Below are positions 16,561 to 20,000 of a stretch of 20,000 nt of DNA, piece after piece. The notes under the pieces are model-generated. The model saw nothing but the letters and a program-made list of their open reading frames with translations, was not told the DNA's origin and did not search any database. A program made the position numbers and the translations under genes. Each line of letters starts with the position of its first letter. Within the stretch, counting starts at the first letter, position 1. Source of the DNA: an uncultured virus (IMG/VR IMGVR_UViG_3300048597_000249) (lineage: Duplodnaviria > Heunggongvirae > Uroviricota > Caudoviricetes); IMG/VR virus record IMGVR_UViG_3300048597_000249. The stretch is one strand, 5' to 3'.

Positions 16561-17034
16561 ATGAAACTTATTACAGACGATTATATTATTCTTGATAAAA
16601 ATCTTGTCAGTATTTACACAAACATTGAAACATTTATTGATGCCGTTGAAGAAGCTGTGCAAGCTGGATGTTTAAATTGTGACAGTAAACAACAAGCTGA
16701 ATTAAATAATTATCTTTCACTCAAAGCTAGTAATAAAGAATCTGTATTTTTAGGATTCTTTTACACAATTCATCCTGTAGAATACGACCTCGAAATAGCT
16801 TGGACATTGTTAAAAAATAATGAAGATTATCGTACTTTTTTAGATGCACTAGCTGATAATTCAATATTTGATATTAGTAGCGACGAGTGTTTCAACAAGG
16901 TATTTGGCGATAATATAGAGAATATTACAGTGTTTGATACGCCGTATACTCAAGAATTTGCACCAGACGAAGACGATGAATTTGACGTAGAATTAGATTT
17001 GACGGATTCTTTTTTGGATGACGAAGATGAATAA
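16561..17034 (+). CDS. Acidic hypothetical protein
   Basis: Asp/Glu-rich C-terminal tail. Confidence 0.7.
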   Translation: MKLITDDYIILDKNLVSIYTNIETFIDAVEEAVQAGCLNCDSKQQAELNNYLSLKASNKESVFLGFFYTIHPVEYDLEIAWTLLKNNEDYRTFLDALADNSIFDISSDECFNKVFGDNIENITVFDTPYTQEFAPDEDDEFDVELDLTDSFLDDEDE

Positions 17035-17443
17035 CAAGTTTAATATAATTGCTTATACGTTTTTGATGTACATAATTAAACGTCGTGATCCAGAAGGTTT
17101 AATCTATTTTACCGATACGTTAGTTGATTGCACTACTGACGAAGAATTCTGCAATACTATTACCTCTTTTTTCATCGCTAACGCCGAAAATATTACGCCG
17201 GATGATGTGGCATTTTTTGAAATTACCAGCAATGAATTTATAAATACGCAACAATTAAAAAGAAAAAAAACTAAAAAAAAGAAAGAACAAAAAGAAGATG
17301 TGGATATGCGCAAAATTCAAAAAGCAGTGGCTTTGTTTGAAAAAAATGGATTAGAACTAGGTAAAGATTATTCTTTTCGTAATGGTAAAATTCGCATGAC
17401 AAAAGAAAGCCAAGAAAAAATAACCAAACTCCTTGGCAATTAG
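17018..17443 (+). CDS. Hypothetical protein with basic central segment (start may be 17027)
   Basis: KRKKTKKKKEQK segment; overlaps previous stop. Confidence 0.7.
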   Translation: MTKMNNKFNIIAYTFLMYIIKRRDPEGLIYFTDTLVDCTTDEEFCNTITSFFIANAENITPDDVAFFEITSNEFINTQQLKRKKTKKKKEQKEDVDMRKIQKAVALFEKNGLELGKDYSFRNGKIRMTKESQEKITKLLGN

Positions 17444-17460
17444 TACAAAAGTATTCCTAC

Positions 17461-18057
17461 CTAGTTAACTCGATTTAAACCGAACGCCGTAGCAAAGGAA
17501 TCGAAGTCAAGAGAAATAGTGCCCACAATACGGTTATTACCAGCAGAGTAAGAAACTTCGTCGTAACCATTACCGTTGCTATCAGTAGCGTTAGCACCAG
17601 ACATAATTGAAGCATAGATGTCCAAACGAATATTTGCGCTATTGGTACTCCCAACAGGAATAATGCGCAAAATAACAGCAGTAGCATCAACAGTTAACGA
17701 AGCTTCGCCAGTGGTGTTCTCTTTTGTGTCTAGCGCGTTTGTGCTGACAGTTAATGTGGTAGGAGTTGGTTTGGCGGTTACGTAGGTTCCAGACGCAAAA
17801 TCAGTGGTGTCTTCGTCAGTAATAATTACAGAGCCAATTTTAACTTTAGCTAATTCAGGTGCTAAGCCGGTAATTGTAGGAGAACCAGTCGTAAAAGAGA
17901 TGTCAGTTAAGTCAACGGGTGTATTGGAGAGATTGTCGTAACAAATAGGGATTTCAAAATTTGTAACATTTTCAACGAGGGGTTTCGCTATAATATCGGG
18001 AGAAAATGTCGTAGTTCCAACTAATTTAGGACGAGCAACGTTAACGGAAATAGCCAT
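17461..18057 (-). CDS. Probable virion structural protein (198 aa)
   Basis: Start moved to ATG 18057 (MAISVNV); Thr/Ser/Gly-rich, beta-like composition, GC-richer than neighbours. Function is inferred. Confidence 0.6.
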   Translation of the reverse strand: MAISVNVARPKLVGTTTFSPDIIAKPLVENVTNFEIPICYDNLSNTPVDLTDISFTTGSPTITGLAPELAKVKIGSVIITDEDTTDFASGTYVTAKPTPTTLTVSTNALDTKENTTGEASLTVDATAVILRIIPVGSTNSANIRLDIYASIMSGANATDSNGNGYDEVSYSAGNNRIVGTISLDFDSFATAFGLNRVN

Positions 18058-18188
18058 AAATATAATTTCACAATATTGTAATAGTTCTAGTTTATCATGA
18101 ATGATTTGCGAAAAACGGTAGAAGAATACCAGCAAAAGTTAGAGCGAGTTATTAGTGTTACAAATACCCCAGTTGGTGTGTTAGTTAT

Positions 18189-18197
18189 TGGTATAAT
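18189..18197 (+). promoter_or_regulatory. Extended -10 promoter
   Basis: TGGTATAAT in the divergent gap upstream of 18245. Confidence 0.45.
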
Positions 18198-18244
18198 CAA
18201 TAATAAAGTTGTGAGCAAACAGTTTAAAAATTATTTTTAAAACA

Positions 18245-18697
18245 ATGAACAAACAAGATTTTTATAATATGCTTAATGAAAAATATGAAAATCAAATAAT
18301 AATAATTGAGGCTCAAGGTAATGATAATGTGAGTTTATACATTGAAGAAAATAATTATTCTATCAAACACTGGATTGTTGGCGAAATTTTATGTGAAATA
18401 ACAACATATTGCGACGATTATAGTGATAAATGGTATCGTCTTTTTGTCGATTTTATAGCTTTTGTACATACAAAACCTATAAATAGATCTTTAAATAAAG
18501 TGATTAAAGACGAAGAATTTATGTTGTGTTTTAATATGTTTAGAGCTAATGGTTGGTTATTTGATTGGGGAACTAATATTTATCGATGCTGGATTGATTG
18601 GGATAAAACTAACGTTGATTTTTACGATGTCGGTTATAATAATACGTATAAATTGTCCGAAGATTATTTAAAGTATTGTTTAGATTGGTTAAAATAA
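18245..18697 (+). CDS. Hypothetical protein
   Basis: 150-aa ORF convergent with the integrase. Confidence 0.65.
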   Translation: MNKQDFYNMLNEKYENQIIIIEAQGNDNVSLYIEENNYSIKHWIVGEILCEITTYCDDYSDKWYRLFVDFIAFVHTKPINRSLNKVIKDEEFMLCFNMFRANGWLFDWGTNIYRCWIDWDKTNVDFYDVGYNNTYKLSEDYLKYCLDWLK

Positions 18698-19807
18698 ATC
18701 TGGTACTTCTATTTTGTTTATAATACCGGCGTAATGTTCATAAATTGTTTTTATACCAGTTTTACTACCATGAGTTAATGCCGCACATTTAACCACATCT
18801 TTAGTTTGTTCCAAAAAATGTGTAATAAAAGTATGTCTTGTATTATATGGTTTGCGATATTTTATACCGCATTCTTTCAAACAAGGTTTCCAATATTTAC
18901 TACGAAATTCTCTATCGTTTATACAATGCCCATAAAAAGTAAAAACTAAATCTTCTTCGTTATTATTTTTTGGTAATTTATTTAATAACGTTAATAATTT
19001 ATTATTTATCGGAAAACGTCGAACTATATTTTTTTTCGTTGTACCTTTGATACGATTACCGGAAGATCCTTTATTATTGCGAATTAATGTTTCGTAAAAA
19101 TAAATAACGCCATTGTCAAAATCAATATGCTTCCATCGTAAACCTATTGCTTCGCTAGTTCGACAACCTGTTAAAAATAAAAAATGAACGTAATAATAAT
19201 AATCATTTTTACCTGCTCTGTTGGTTTTTAAATTAAACCAATCAATAATTTTATTTACCTCGTCTTTTGTAAACGGTTTTGGTTGTGGTTTATTTTCTTT
19301 TTGTATAGTTACTGTTTTGAATGTATCGTCTATAGTTTTTAAAACGTCAAAATATCGTGCCACACTCGCGCTACTTAATTTGCGTTCTTTTTTCAACCAG
19401 TCTGCAAAAAGTAAAATATCTTGTTTATCGTAAATTTTTTTATCATATTTCAACAAATGCGACAATGTGTTTTTTTCAGTTACCTTTATAGAATTTTGTA
19501 ATTTATTTATACATTTTTGACGCAAATCTATTCTTTTTTCAGTTTCAATATTTTTAATTATTGTTGGTGTTATAGTTGTGTGAATTGCCGTAGGGTTATA
19601 TTTTAAAGTTAACTCTTGGTTATTCGTACAACTAAATGAATTATTAGCAATGTCGACAGAAATACGATCACAAATGCTTTGGGCATATTTTAACGCTATA
19701 GGACTTTCGTACTCTCCCAGTTTCGACATACAAAACCGTTTCCCTTTATGTGAAAAACGAATCATAATCGACCCATGATTGTTTAAGGGTTGTTTAGGTG
19801 CGCTCAT
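18689..19807 (-). CDS. int: Tyrosine integrase with N-terminal arm-binding domain
   Basis: TGCRTSEAIGLRW, PYNTRHTFIT, LTHG, YEHY catalytic motifs; N-terminal IRFSHKGKRF...I..DI resembles DUF3596-type arm domains. Confidence 0.93.
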   Translation of the reverse strand: MSAPKQPLNNHGSIMIRFSHKGKRFCMSKLGEYESPIALKYAQSICDRISVDIANNSFSCTNNQELTLKYNPTAIHTTITPTIIKNIETEKRIDLRQKCINKLQNSIKVTEKNTLSHLLKYDKKIYDKQDILLFADWLKKERKLSSASVARYFDVLKTIDDTFKTVTIQKENKPQPKPFTKDEVNKIIDWFNLKTNRAGKNDYYYYVHFLFLTGCRTSEAIGLRWKHIDFDNGVIYFYETLIRNNKGSSGNRIKGTTKKNIVRRFPINNKLLTLLNKLPKNNNEEDLVFTFYGHCINDREFRSKYWKPCLKECGIKYRKPYNTRHTFITHFLEQTKDVVKCAALTHGSKTGIKTIYEHYAGIINKIEVPDLF

Positions 19808-19809
19808 TT

Positions 19810-19831
19810 TTTACGTCAGTTTTACGTCAGT
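19810..19831. repeat. Tandem 11-bp direct repeat, likely integrase arm-binding sites
   Basis: TTTACGTCAGT twice (19810-19820, 19821-19831) between the int start and the att core. Confidence 0.7.
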
Positions 19832-19876
19832 TGGCGATTTACAACTCGCCGTAAAGCGCATTATACCGTAATTTTA

Positions 19877-19923
19877 CATCGTTGACATCGATGGGGTCAC
19901 TGGTTCGAATCCAGTTACGTCCA
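19877..19923 (+). mobile_element. att core (attP or attR): 3' half of tRNA-Val(GAC)
   Basis: Anticodon arm CATCG-TTGACAT-CGATG, T-arm ACTGG-TTCGAAT-CCAGT, 3' acceptor strand TACGTCC-A; the 5' acceptor strand (GGACGTA) and D-arm are absent; about 70 bp from int. Confidence 0.88.
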
Positions 19924-20000
19924 TTACTTGCTGCACATTCACTGATTATCTGTCACCGTTAACAAATTGAGTGTCGGGCTGACACCCTCTAGCGCTGTCT

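Noticed and set aside
1069..19433. Shadow ORFs such as 1069-1254, 1077-1319, 2100-2519, 3171-3446, 4815-5018, 12632-12934, 12943-13140, 17475-17690, 19221-19433
   Set aside because: They overlap better-supported genes on the other strand or frame and show no motifs.
19850..19923. Complete tRNA-Val gene
   Set aside because: No 5' acceptor strand or D-arm; treated as att core.

Overview
AT-rich, densely packed phage DNA, mostly + strand, that reads as the right-hand end of a large temperate cyanophage or prophage. Recognisable genes: ClpS-like adaptor, dUTPase, ThyX, a tandem-NblA-like protein, RuvC, monomeric class II (B12-dependent) ribonucleotide reductase followed by a PduO-like adenosyltransferase, two free-standing homing endonucleases (GIY-YIG and LAGLIDADG), a tRNA with CAT anticodon, and a tyrosine integrase next to the 3' half of tRNA-Val(GAC) (att core). 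A cyanobacterial host is inferred from NblA, the ClpS type and the integrase/tRNA fragment. Most interesting: (1) an unannotated 182-nt promoter-driven RNA at 1760-1941 with tRNA ends, a large structured insert and a predicted pseudoknot; (2) two Clp-protease adaptors, one an apparent single-chain NblA dimer; (3) a three-part dUTPase/endonuclease locus; (4) evidence of lysogeny at tRNA-Val. All family calls are by motif recognition only; no searches were run.
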